IMG/VR virus record: IMGVR_UViG_3300025853_007458
Origin: an uncultured virus (IMG/VR IMGVR_UViG_3300025853_007458)
Lineage: Duplodnaviria; Heunggongvirae; Uroviricota; Caudoviricetes
Direction: 5' to 3' (one strand)
DNA length: 64,000 nt
The notes under the pieces were generated by a model. That model saw only the letters and a list, made by a program, of their open reading frames with translations, ran no database searches and was not told the DNA's origin. This document shows, in pieces, positions 1 through 8,465 of this stretch. The position numbers were made by a program, and so were the translations under genes. Numbering within the stretch: the first letter of the stretch is position 1; each line of letters begins with the position of its first letter.

Positions 1-2
1 TT

Positions 3-974
3 GATGATAAATCATATGGTTCAAAAAACAAACACCAGATCAATAGACTACATGCTAGTAAATTGACCAAGGCGTCAAGTGCTGACAATCGTAAGTACAT
101 GGATGATTATTTTGCTCGTGTATTTGTTGTACCTGATACTAAATCAAATCACATTTTCAATAGTGAGGGTATGGGATCAGATCCTAGAATGACAGGAAAA
201 CAGAATTTATCAGAAGCAACGAGAGATTACTTCTCAATGAATATAGACGTACCAGGTAACTTTACATACAATGTAGGTGACCTAGTATGGTGTGAAGTGC
301 CATCATATAACGCTGCAGATATGACAACAGATAATAAGGTTATGAGAGAAGACGTGATAGACCCATTCCTTACAGGTCGTTATCTAATATCTAAATTACA
401 CCATCAAATTGATATGATAGATCAGAAACACACTACAGCGATGACTGTGGTTAGAAACGTATTTGCTAATGATTTACCAAATGCTGATACATTTAAAGCA
501 GGTGCTCACTTTAGATCACAACCTATAGATGTAATCGGGTCAGGTGTAGATATATCAACGTTAACACCTATTAAGAACAAATTAGACGGCAAAATACCGT
601 CACCACAGATTAGTAACGTAAATGACATTGCTAAGAAGTTAGGCGTAGATTTGAATAGTAGTGACATGTCCATCAAGGATGCCGCTAATAAGGCGGTTAA
701 TAACGTCCTAAACAGTACTTCCAATAGAGTTTTGATGAACGAACACCTTGCAAAGATCAATAGCACAATACTACAAAGAAAGACCGTAGTAGAGAAAATT
801 GCAGAAAAGGCTAAACTAGCATTAGGAGGCATAAACCTCAGTAACGTAAACAACATACCACCATCAATGAGGGGCTCAATGCAAGGGAATATCAATAGCT
901 TTGTACAATCTAGTATGGTTGCCTTTAAGAAGAACTTATCTAGTGCTAAGAGTTTTTTTAAAGGATTCTTCTAG
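3..974 (+). CDS. T4-like tail/baseplate hub protein (gp27-like), 5'-truncated by window edge
   Basis: Frame is open back to position 3. Motif 'IDVPGNFTYNVGDLVWCEVP...DPFLTGRYLISKLHHQI' is typical of T4-like hub/tail proteins, and the gene lies just upstream of gp5. Confidence 0.6.
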   Translation, partial: DDKSYGSKNKHQINRLHASKLTKASSADNRKYMDDYFARVFVVPDTKSNHIFNSEGMGSDPRMTGKQNLSEATRDYFSMNIDVPGNFTYNVGDLVWCEVPSYNAADMTTDNKVMREDVIDPFLTGRYLISKLHHQIDMIDQKHTTAMTVVRNVFANDLPNADTFKAGAHFRSQPIDVIGSGVDISTLTPIKNKLDGKIPSPQISNVNDIAKKLGVDLNSSDMSIKDAANKAVNNVLNSTSNRVLMNEHLAKINSTILQRKTVVEKIAEKAKLALGGINLSNVNNIPPSMRGSMQGNINSFVQSSMVAFKKNLSSAKSFFKGFF

Positions 975-1277
975 TATGCTCAAAGTTTATTGCGAGTTTA
1001 GAAAAAAATTTCCATATAAGGGTATGGCCACATGAGAGGACACAATAGAATAGACCTACAAACAATGTAAGAACGAACTATTACAAACTTACAAAGGACC
1101 AAAGACAATTTGAACAATATGAAAGAAATATACACAAAAAGATCAATGAATATAAGAGGTATCAACGATAGGCCTCTAATAAGTGCTTCGCACCGCGGCG
1201 CCTACGCAATCCTTTTAAATACGGATAAATATAAGGAGGTGACCGCTTTAAATACGGTCATTTATGGGAAAAAATAA

Positions 1278-2369
1278 ATGAGTACTACAGATTTTATGGG
1301 CAGAGATGGCTTCATCTGGTTTACAGGTGTCGTTGAGGATAGAAAAGACCCACTTAAATTGGGCCGAGTAAGAGTAAGATGTCTAGGTTATCACACGGAA
1401 GACAAAGAGGCCTTACCTACTACAGATTTACCTTGGGCACATCCAATGTTGCCAATTACTGCCAGTGGCACATCTGGCATTGGGCAAACTCCCCTTGGCC
1501 TTTTAGAAGGCTCGTGGGTGGTTGGTTTCTTTAGGGACGCAGATACTAAACAAGACGCAGTAATTATGGGGAGTTTGCCAGGCAGACCCATTACTACAGG
1601 CGCACAGAATTTAGCAGAGGGCCTTGGGTTTAGCGACCCTAATGGCAATTACCCACGTTACGCAGGCGAATCAGATGTTAATAGACTAGCACGGAATGAC
1701 GCAGATAATCAGAGCATTACGCTAGAAGCACGTAAGACATTTAGAGCGGCCTCTTATACAAATATACCTAGTGCAAATATACTCCCTATCGCAGATGGCA
1801 TAGTAGATATAGCACAGTCGGAGGGTGATGTATGGTCCTTACCTGAAAATACATATGCAACTGAATACCCATACGGCCATGTATATGAGAGCGAATCAGG
1901 CCATCTATTAGAGTTTGACGATACACCAGACCAAGAGCGTATTCTATTATATCATCATAGTGGTACTGAAACAGAAATCACGGCCGAAGGAACAAAGAAC
2001 GAAGTAAACAAAGATTCAACTCATACGATAACCGAGAAAGACAATAAGGTCTATATCAAAGGGTCCTCTGACCTAACAATCGGTGGTCGCCATAAGATAA
2101 CAATAAACGCTGATGGTGCTGCTAATAACAATTACGATATACAGGTAGGGCCTAACGCTAATGTCAATATACAAGTAGATAAAGGTAACATTAATATGGC
2201 CGCTTTAGATGGTGATATTAATATGTTTGCTAATAACAATATGAATGTAAGAGTAGGTGGTACGTATAAACTTGTTGCTGGTAAGATATTAGAAACATCA
2301 CAAAGTACAACCACACGTAGCGCTCAGAATGAGTATCACACGTATGGTAACCCAATTGACCACAACTAA
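1278..2369 (+). CDS. gp5: Baseplate hub/spike protein gp5 (OB-fold N-terminus, beta-helix; no lysozyme domain evident)
   Basis: 'WFTGVVEDRKDPLKLGRVRVRCLGYH...LPWA', 'WVVGFFRD', 'YPYGHVYESESGHLLEFDDTP..ERI' are gp5 signatures. Confidence 0.92.
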   Translation: MSTTDFMGRDGFIWFTGVVEDRKDPLKLGRVRVRCLGYHTEDKEALPTTDLPWAHPMLPITASGTSGIGQTPLGLLEGSWVVGFFRDADTKQDAVIMGSLPGRPITTGAQNLAEGLGFSDPNGNYPRYAGESDVNRLARNDADNQSITLEARKTFRAASYTNIPSANILPIADGIVDIAQSEGDVWSLPENTYATEYPYGHVYESESGHLLEFDDTPDQERILLYHHSGTETEITAEGTKNEVNKDSTHTITEKDNKVYIKGSSDLTIGGRHKITINADGAANNNYDIQVGPNANVNIQVDKGNINMAALDGDINMFANNNMNVRVGGTYKLVAGKILETSQSTTTRSAQNEYHTYGNPIDHN

Positions 2370-2447
2370 AACTGGCTAGGCTTTCTAATCTATAAAAGTA
2401 GTAAGTAACATAGAGATATAACGAAGCGGTATTTTATGGTTTTATAT

Positions 2448-2597
2448 ATGAGAATTTTTTTCGTGCTATTTTTTGTGTTATTAGTCGGCTGTGTCAAAGT
2501 GTCGGTATCATGTAAAGTAGATAATATAGATGAAATCGCATCCGCGGTCGAAGACTGTAAAGAACAACCTAACATGGCTATATCAAAGGAGTTTTAG
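2448..2597 (+). CDS. Small predicted lipoprotein, 49 aa (not in ORF track)
   Basis: Manual translation gives MRIFFVLFFVLLVGCVKVSVSCKVDNIDEIASAVEDCKEQPNMAISKEF*: basic residue, hydrophobic core, lipobox LVG-C. Confidence 0.7.
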   Translation: MRIFFVLFFVLLVGCVKVSVSCKVDNIDEIASAVEDCKEQPNMAISKEF

Positions 2598-2621
2598 AAG
2601 TTATTACTTTTATACATAGTT

Positions 2622-2951
2622 ATGTTGAAACCCAAAGGAACCATGCTAGAGCTAACAGATAACGCAATAAAGAGATTAACTTACATTGCCAATAAGGCAG
2701 GCACTCGTTATGTGAGATTAGACATTAAGGGTGGTGGATGTGCAGGCTTTGAATATAAGTGGAGTACTACGGATACAAGGGAAGATACTGATTGTTTATT
2801 AGGCGATATATTAGTAGCGTCTTTAGAATTAGAGATGTACTTATTAGGTACAACGCTTGATTGGGTAGAGGAAGAGTTTAGTAGTGAATTTAAGATAACT
2901 AATCCTAATAGTAAAAGTAGTTGTGGCTGTGGGGAGAGTTTTAGCGTCTAG
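2622..2951 (+). CDS. iscA: A-type Fe-S cluster carrier protein (HesB/IscA/SufA family)
   Basis: 'LTDNAIKRL', 'GGGCAGFEY', 'NPNSKSSCGCGESF' with all three conserved Cys. The start may instead be the ATG at 2643. Confidence 0.93.
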   Translation: MLKPKGTMLELTDNAIKRLTYIANKAGTRYVRLDIKGGGCAGFEYKWSTTDTREDTDCLLGDILVASLELEMYLLGTTLDWVEEEFSSEFKITNPNSKSSCGCGESFSV

Positions 2952-3018
2952 GAACTATCGTTAAAAATTTTTCGCTTTACTGTGCGAATACTTTGATGTT
3001 AACTTGTGCGGAAACTAT

Positions 3019-3825
3019 ATGAAATATGAAAAAGCAGATTTACCTGTATTAATCTCTATGCCACGTGCTGGTTCGCATTACGTAGGTCATTATATAAGAC
3101 AAGCATATCTTAAACGAGGTATTGTAGGACCTGAAAATCGTAGTTCGGAGTTTTTTAATAACGAAGACTATAGACAACCTATACAACAGAAAATAAAGTT
3201 ATTTGAAGATTTAAGAGATAACTTTGGTGTAAATATGTTTTCTATCTATCATGGCCATCATATGAGTCAACATATATCAATGCCTAGTAAACCTCATTAC
3301 ACTTATCTATTTGATTGGTTTAAAGACTTCTATTTAGGTTATACGGTTGTTTTATTAAGACGTAAGAATATATGGAAACACTTTGTATCTTTTACGTTTC
3401 ATAATATTATTAGAGATGAATTAGACAAGTATGGTAAAGAAAATGAAATAACACATCCTTGGCATTCTATGAATGTTACAGATGATGATGTATTAAAATC
3501 AACAATACAAACATACAACATAAAGTTTAAGTTTACGGATGCTCATTTTGAAAAGTTTTTATATTATGTAAGATTTTTTAATGAACATGTAATCAACTAT
3601 TATAAAGATAAATTAAATGTACATAATCTATGGTTAGAGGATTGTACTCATAGTAAAATGGTTGATATGTTTATACCAGAAGAACGTAAATTAACTTATA
3701 CAAATCCTTTTGAACCTAGTAAGATAAAGTATTTAACATATTTTAACAATACAATAGAATACAAAGCAAAGTTTACTAATTTATATAATACTCATTTTAA
3801 GCCATATGGGTATGAGGTAGATTAA
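3019..3825 (+). CDS. Sulfotransferase-like P-loop protein
   Basis: N-terminal 'LISMPRAGSHY' resembles the 5'-PSB loop (PRSGS/T), and 'VVLLRRKN...FVS' resembles the 3'-PB motif. ATG at 3019 preferred over the TTG at 3004. Confidence 0.55.
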   Translation: MKYEKADLPVLISMPRAGSHYVGHYIRQAYLKRGIVGPENRSSEFFNNEDYRQPIQQKIKLFEDLRDNFGVNMFSIYHGHHMSQHISMPSKPHYTYLFDWFKDFYLGYTVVLLRRKNIWKHFVSFTFHNIIRDELDKYGKENEITHPWHSMNVTDDDVLKSTIQTYNIKFKFTDAHFEKFLYYVRFFNEHVINYYKDKLNVHNLWLEDCTHSKMVDMFIPEERKLTYTNPFEPSKIKYLTYFNNTIEYKAKFTNLYNTHFKPYGYEVD

Positions 3826-4657
3826 ACGCCCACGCTTTTTCATAACACCAAAAACATTGCCAACACCATGCAGTAAAGTCTTTAGTTTGTTTACCTGAAC
3901 CTACACAAGAACGTGTAATAGGAAACAAGTCTTCCATTAAACCTTCTTCTTTAAATACACCAGCAACAAATCTTTTATTTACATTTATATAAGGTTGATA
4001 TACGTTATATGTTATATTAGGTTTGTTTGAAACATCACGTCTTGTTTCACCTTGTATTCTTTCTAAATTTTTAGGAGTATAATTGATTTCAGGAAATCTT
4101 TCTTTTGCATATTTGGCAAATGCCATACGTATTTGTACAGGTGGGTTTGCTGTCATACCATCTAATCTAATAGGTCCTTTAAATTGACTCATAAATTCAG
4201 GTATTAGTTTATCTAATTGTAAAATCTTTGCAACAGCAGTTACAGACATATTGCCATATAACTTTTGATTTTCTAACATACTATCTCTTGCTTTAGGCCA
4301 CCAGCCACCTACTTCTCTATCGTTAAAGTCTTTGATTGTTATGTCATTTAACTTACCATTAGGAAACTTCTTTTGTAAATATTCAACTATTTCTCTAGCT
4401 GCGTCAGCGTCTTTAGGGGCGTTTACGTCATTACACATAAAAGGAAATATTTCTATTTGCGGAAAGTGTTTTAATGTTAAGTATGTTGCTGACGCTGAGT
4501 CACAACCACCTGATAATGACATAACTATTTGTTTAGGTAAAAAATCATCATCAAAGTCAATATCTTTTAATGCTTGTTCTTTATATGGTGATTTGTTTAT
4601 TTGTTCTTTTATATTTGTCCAAAATTCAATTGTTTGATTTCCATATGTTAAGTTCAT
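3797..4657 (-). CDS. QueC-like PP-loop ATPase
   Basis: PP-loop 'SLSGGCDSA' and C-terminal Zn-type cluster 'TRSC...CWQCFWCYEK'. Confidence 0.75.
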   Translation of the reverse strand: MNLTYGNQTIEFWTNIKEQINKSPYKEQALKDIDFDDDFLPKQIVMSLSGGCDSASATYLTLKHFPQIEIFPFMCNDVNAPKDADAAREIVEYLQKKFPNGKLNDITIKDFNDREVGGWWPKARDSMLENQKLYGNMSVTAVAKILQLDKLIPEFMSQFKGPIRLDGMTANPPVQIRMAFAKYAKERFPEINYTPKNLERIQGETRRDVSNKPNITYNVYQPYINVNKRFVAGVFKEEGLMEDLFPITRSCVGSGKQTKDFTAWCWQCFWCYEKAWAFNLPHTHMA

Positions 4658-5412
4658 TTTAATGCTCCTTGTCTAACTTGTCTCCAACGTTGTAGTTCTG
4701 GTGTAACGTTAAAGTATTCTTCACTTTTTATTTTTTTAACTCTATTCTTGTCACTAGGTACAGCAAAGTTATCATAAGCCTTTTGTACATTTTTTCTTAA
4801 TTTTCTACTTCTAGGATCAAAACCTCTATTTGTTTTTACTAATAATAATGTTATGCCTTCTTTATGTGCAATCTCTTTTGCTTGTTCTATTTCATGTTCA
4901 TTGTATCCAAATATTATATATTGCCACACTATAGGGTGACCTGCCTGTACTCCCATTTTCATAGTTTCCCATACTTGTTTAAAATTAGAACCTATACGAT
5001 ACAATTCTGATTTCTCATCTAAACCATCAACACCAAAGTACCAACAATTTTCTCCTAGACCATAACTATATGCTTTTTCCCACCACTTCTCATCCATGCC
5101 TTTTGTATTAGTACCATTAGTTGCAACTCTTAAACCTTTACCTAAACCGTCCATCATTTCTAAAAATGCAAGAAAGTCAGGATGATATATTGGGTCTGAT
5201 ATTTGACCACAAAAGGTTATCTGATTTTCATAATAGTTTAATACTTTTCTAAATTCTGCTTTACCTATATCAAATGATCTTGCTATTCTAGGTAGACCTT
5301 CTACCTTTTGTCGTAAACATTGTGGGCAACGTAATATACATCTATGTGATAGATCCATATTAGGTGAAGATAGTTTTTGATTTTGAATATAGAAGTCTGT
5401 TAAATGGCTCAT
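4654..5412 (-). CDS. Radical SAM protein (core only, no C-terminal SPASM domain)
   Basis: CxxxCxxC 'CILRCPQC', 'FCGQISDP', 'VATNG', 'FGVDG'. Confidence 0.9.
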   Translation of the reverse strand: MSHLTDFYIQNQKLSSPNMDLSHRCILRCPQCLRQKVEGLPRIARSFDIGKAEFRKVLNYYENQITFCGQISDPIYHPDFLAFLEMMDGLGKGLRVATNGTNTKGMDEKWWEKAYSYGLGENCWYFGVDGLDEKSELYRIGSNFKQVWETMKMGVQAGHPIVWQYIIFGYNEHEIEQAKEIAHKEGITLLLVKTNRGFDPRSRKLRKNVQKAYDNFAVPSDKNRVKKIKSEEYFNVTPELQRWRQVRQGALK

Positions 5413-5732
5413 TTTTTATAAGTATCTTTTTCTAAATTACCACACTTGTATTGGCATTGTTTCAAAGCACAACTTGGATTATTTATTAGCGTATCAAAGA
5501 AGTGTTCCCACTCTTTAGATCCATATATATCTTCTAACTTGTCAACATTTTTTAGTGCAAGGTGATCGTCTTTTAAATGAAAGACTTCCGTTACACCGTG
5601 ATCGTTTTTAGGATCATCTAACCAACAACAAGGTAACATATAACCATCAGATGTATAGGCTGCTGGTTTATGATAACTTTTAGGTTGATATGTTAAACAT
5701 CTAGGTTTAATTTTTATATCTTTAGGATTCAT
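5409..5732 (-). CDS. Stand-alone SPASM/Twitch-like Fe-S domain protein
   Basis: 'PRC...YTSDGYMLPCCW...CALKQCQYKC'. Start reassigned to ATG 5732, just downstream of a sigma70 promoter. Confidence 0.72.
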   Translation of the reverse strand: MNPKDIKIKPRCLTYQPKSYHKPAAYTSDGYMLPCCWLDDPKNDHGVTEVFHLKDDHLALKNVDKLEDIYGSKEWEHFFDTLINNPSCALKQCQYKCGNLEKDTYKK

Positions 5733-5738
5733 TTTTAT

Positions 5739-5767
5739 ATTGTAACACAATCTTAACATAAAGTCAA
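5739..5767 (-). promoter_or_regulatory. Sigma70-type (early) promoter
   Basis: Minus strand TTGACT (5767-5762), 17 nt spacer, TACAAT (5744-5739) with extended TGn. It lies 6 nt before ATG 5732. Confidence 0.75.
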
Positions 5768-5768
5768 G

Positions 5769-7190
5769 CTAGTAATACTCCTTTAGTTCAGGAAATACAT
5801 CAAATAAATTGTACTCCCATTTAGTTCCCTTGTAACGTTCATCTATTTGTAATAAGTATTTAATTGTTTCTTTATAGTCATACCCATTATTGTCTTCTCG
5901 TAATACTTGTTGTATATCTGGCCACTTTTCATATTTAGGTATCAGTTCTTGTTTGAGTTTATCAGGCAATACGTTTGCAGCTAATTTTTCGGGACTTCTT
6001 ATATTAGACCAGTTTATCATAGAGCCTCTTTCCCTTGTTTCAAATATATCAATATTTTTGTCGTACCATTCAGGCAACTCATAAAATCTAAGCACACTTA
6101 AAAACGATATAGCGCCATTAATATTTATTTTTACATTAGGGTACTTTCTAACGGTCTTAATGTTATTAACAATCTCATCCCAATTTGATCTTCTTCTAAT
6201 ATAGTTATTATATATTCCTACACTATCAAGTGATACGGTAAACTCAAATAAACCAAACTTAGGAATAAAATCTGTAACTTTCATTTTATCCATATTCATA
6301 GTTTGCATATTTGTCTGAAATTTTAAAAGCATTTTTTGACAATCATCAGGCGCCTTTTCTACCAATTTTTCAAGTAACTTATAATATGGTTTCATAACTA
6401 ATGGTTCACCACCTATAAGTTTCATTGCATAGATGTAAGGTGCTATATCTACTACCTGATCTGATATTTTATCTAAACTATCATTATCTAAATTAAATGA
6501 TACTCCTGCTCTAGCATACTTTTGTAATTTTTGTGAATATATGGTTTGATTATCTAATGCCTTGTGTTGTATTGTTTCTATTCTTTTTGTTGAATCCCAA
6601 GGATGGCACATAAAACAATCAAGGTTACATTTGTTACCATATACTTTTATCTGTACCTCAAAACATCTATCTTTTATATGACCTCTCAAATCTTCTTGGT
6701 ATCTTCTTACAGATTTTTTTAGTTCAGGCCATATAAGTGAATCATTAGTTTGTATTTTAAGTGCAGCTTGTCGCCTTGATCTTCCGTATAGTTTTTCTTG
6801 TTTTCTACAAGTTCTACACCATTCATTTGTAAGTTTTAAATCAGAATTTTCATCTAGCATTTCTGCTCTTAACTTGTTTAGATTTTCATTATTTTCAAAC
6901 CAATCTCTAAATGTAACGTCATGTATTTTAGGTGCTAAATGATCGTTGTTTAATTCAGCCCAAGAGCATGGTGCATATCTGCCTCTTGTATTGGTGTATA
7001 ACATTTGAAAGGGAGCGCTACAGAAAAACATTTTTTGATCTTTGATTTTTTGTTCAAACTCACCATCACTCCAAGGTTTCATACAACCTGCTTGAAACCA
7101 TTGACTAGTATCAACTTTACCATCGCCAAGATATTTGTCGCCTGGACCACCTTTTGTTAGATGTGATTTATCTTTTGTATCTTTTGTCAT
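5769..7190 (-). CDS. Radical SAM protein with N-terminal SPASM/Twitch-like domain
   Basis: N-terminal 'FCSAPF...GRYAPCSW...WCRTC', then 'CNLDCFMC', 'GGEPL', 'QTN', 'VSLDS'. Confidence 0.9.
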   Translation of the reverse strand: MTKDTKDKSHLTKGGPGDKYLGDGKVDTSQWFQAGCMKPWSDGEFEQKIKDQKMFFCSAPFQMLYTNTRGRYAPCSWAELNNDHLAPKIHDVTFRDWFENNENLNKLRAEMLDENSDLKLTNEWCRTCRKQEKLYGRSRRQAALKIQTNDSLIWPELKKSVRRYQEDLRGHIKDRCFEVQIKVYGNKCNLDCFMCHPWDSTKRIETIQHKALDNQTIYSQKLQKYARAGVSFNLDNDSLDKISDQVVDIAPYIYAMKLIGGEPLVMKPYYKLLEKLVEKAPDDCQKMLLKFQTNMQTMNMDKMKVTDFIPKFGLFEFTVSLDSVGIYNNYIRRRSNWDEIVNNIKTVRKYPNVKININGAISFLSVLRFYELPEWYDKNIDIFETRERGSMINWSNIRSPEKLAANVLPDKLKQELIPKYEKWPDIQQVLREDNNGYDYKETIKYLLQIDERYKGTKWEYNLFDVFPELKEYY

Positions 7191-7953
7191 TTATATACAC
7201 TTCAATTTTTTCAAACCCATAGTGATAATTTTTATATAGGTCTTCATTTAACATAGATGGGAAAGTCCATCTCTTATCTTCATCGCCATGTTTACCTTCT
7301 TTGATACTTATGTCTTTATTAAGTACTTCAGGATGTTCTAATCTATCCATATCTGGATGAGGATATCCTACACCCACAAGTAGTTTAGGTTCTGACTCTA
7401 GTTTTAATAATTTTTGTACATTATCGCCTTTTACATCTCTTTCAAAGGCACTACAATAACCTGTTTTATATCCTAGTAAAGCTGCAGCCATAACTAATTG
7501 ACCAGATGATATACCTATTGATGTATTCTTTTGTTCTTCTAAAGTATCTATTGCTATTTTAGTTGCGTTTGGTTGTGTAGCAACAATGTGTGTACCACTT
7601 CTTATATTTTTAGTTTCATCACAATACACAAAAACAACAGGCGCTAGTATTTGTGAATTTGTTACAGCATATCTATGATCGGTAACAAACTTCTTTTTAG
7701 TATCTGTAAATATTTTATCTGTTTGAGTATTTGTTTGAAAAGTAAATAACTTTGTTCGGTTATAGATTTTTCTTATAACATTAGGATTAGTATATACTCT
7801 TAAACTATAATGTGTTTCATTTTGCTTTGATGGTGAGTTAGCTGCAACATAGATAAGTGTTTCTAAATCTTCCTCTGATACAGGTTTAGTCAAATCATAA
7901 TTACGCTGTGCTTTTTTACATACATCAATAGCATTCTTTATTTCATCATTCAT
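7168..7953 (-). CDS. Nitroreductase-family flavoprotein
   Basis: 'QRNYD...VSEEDLETLIYVAANSPSKQN', 'IGISSGQLVMAAALLGYKTGYC', 'LVGVGYP'. The true start is likely ATG 7953; the track's upstream extension is antisense to 8033..8290. Confidence 0.82.
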   Translation of the reverse strand: MNDEIKNAIDVCKKAQRNYDLTKPVSEEDLETLIYVAANSPSKQNETHYSLRVYTNPNVIRKIYNRTKLFTFQTNTQTDKIFTDTKKKFVTDHRYAVTNSQILAPVVFVYCDETKNIRSGTHIVATQPNATKIAIDTLEEQKNTSIGISSGQLVMAAALLGYKTGYCSAFERDVKGDNVQKLLKLESEPKLLVGVGYPHPDMDRLEHPEVLNKDISIKEGKHGDEDKRWTFPSMLNEDLYKNYHYGFEKIEVYINDKRYKR

Positions 7954-7958
7954 ATGCC

Positions 7959-7973
7959 TATTTATTATAAATA
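7959..7973. promoter_or_regulatory. Overlapping divergent T4 late-type promoter boxes
   Basis: TATAAATA on + (7966-7973) and AATAAATA on - (7966-7959), between divergent genes. Confidence 0.6.
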
Positions 7974-8032
7974 TAACTAATATAATCTTATATTTACATT
8001 CCCGAACATTGCAGATAACTAGGAGGTAGTCT

Positions 8033-8290
8033 ATGCCAAAGAAGCATAAGAAAATAACTATATCCTCTCTAAAAAAGAAGGCACCTAAAGTACCTCCTTT
8101 CACGTGTATAAAGATTGACAATGTTATAAGTAAATTAGAGAAGATAGTAGATAAGAAAAAAGCGTTAGATAAGAAACAATTAAAAGAATTAGTAAAGAAA
8201 CTTGAGGTATTAAGGGACGCCAATGATAAACTACGTGATAGTGGGATATATTGGTATGAAAAATTAAAACACTTATTAAAAACGAGGTAG
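8033..8290 (+). CDS. Small basic hypothetical protein
   Basis: Strong AGGAGG RBS; Lys-rich 85-aa ORF. Confidence 0.8.
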   Translation: MPKKHKKITISSLKKKAPKVPPFTCIKIDNVISKLEKIVDKKKALDKKQLKELVKKLEVLRDANDKLRDSGIYWYEKLKHLLKTR

Positions 8291-8300
8291 GAGGTCTTCT

Positions 8301-8378
8301 ATGAATTATTATTTTACAGGTGCTCTTATAATATTGTTTATTTTGTTTACTTTATTTGTTACACCCTACCCATATTAA
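8301..8378 (+). CDS. 25-aa single-transmembrane microprotein (not in ORF track)
   Basis: MNYYFTGALIILFILFTLFVTPYPY*, preceded by TAGGAGGT with the same RBS spacing as the gene at 8033. Confidence 0.65.
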   Translation: MNYYFTGALIILFILFTLFVTPYPY

Positions 8379-8465
8379 AGTTTTGTTACAATCGGTTTTC
8401 CTATGTTAAATACTAGCGATAGTTATTAAACTATCAATCTCTAAAGTAAAACATAGGAAACCTAG

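Noticed and set aside
3797..5412. queC/queE 7-deazaguanine DNA modification pathway
   Set aside because: No folE, queD or dpdA is visible, and the neighbouring rSAM is not QueE-like by motif. Kept only as 'QueC-like'.
7954..8223. N-terminal extension of the nitroreductase given in the ORF track
   Set aside because: It overlaps the + strand gene 8033..8290 and its promoter region; nitroreductase similarity starts at Met 7953.
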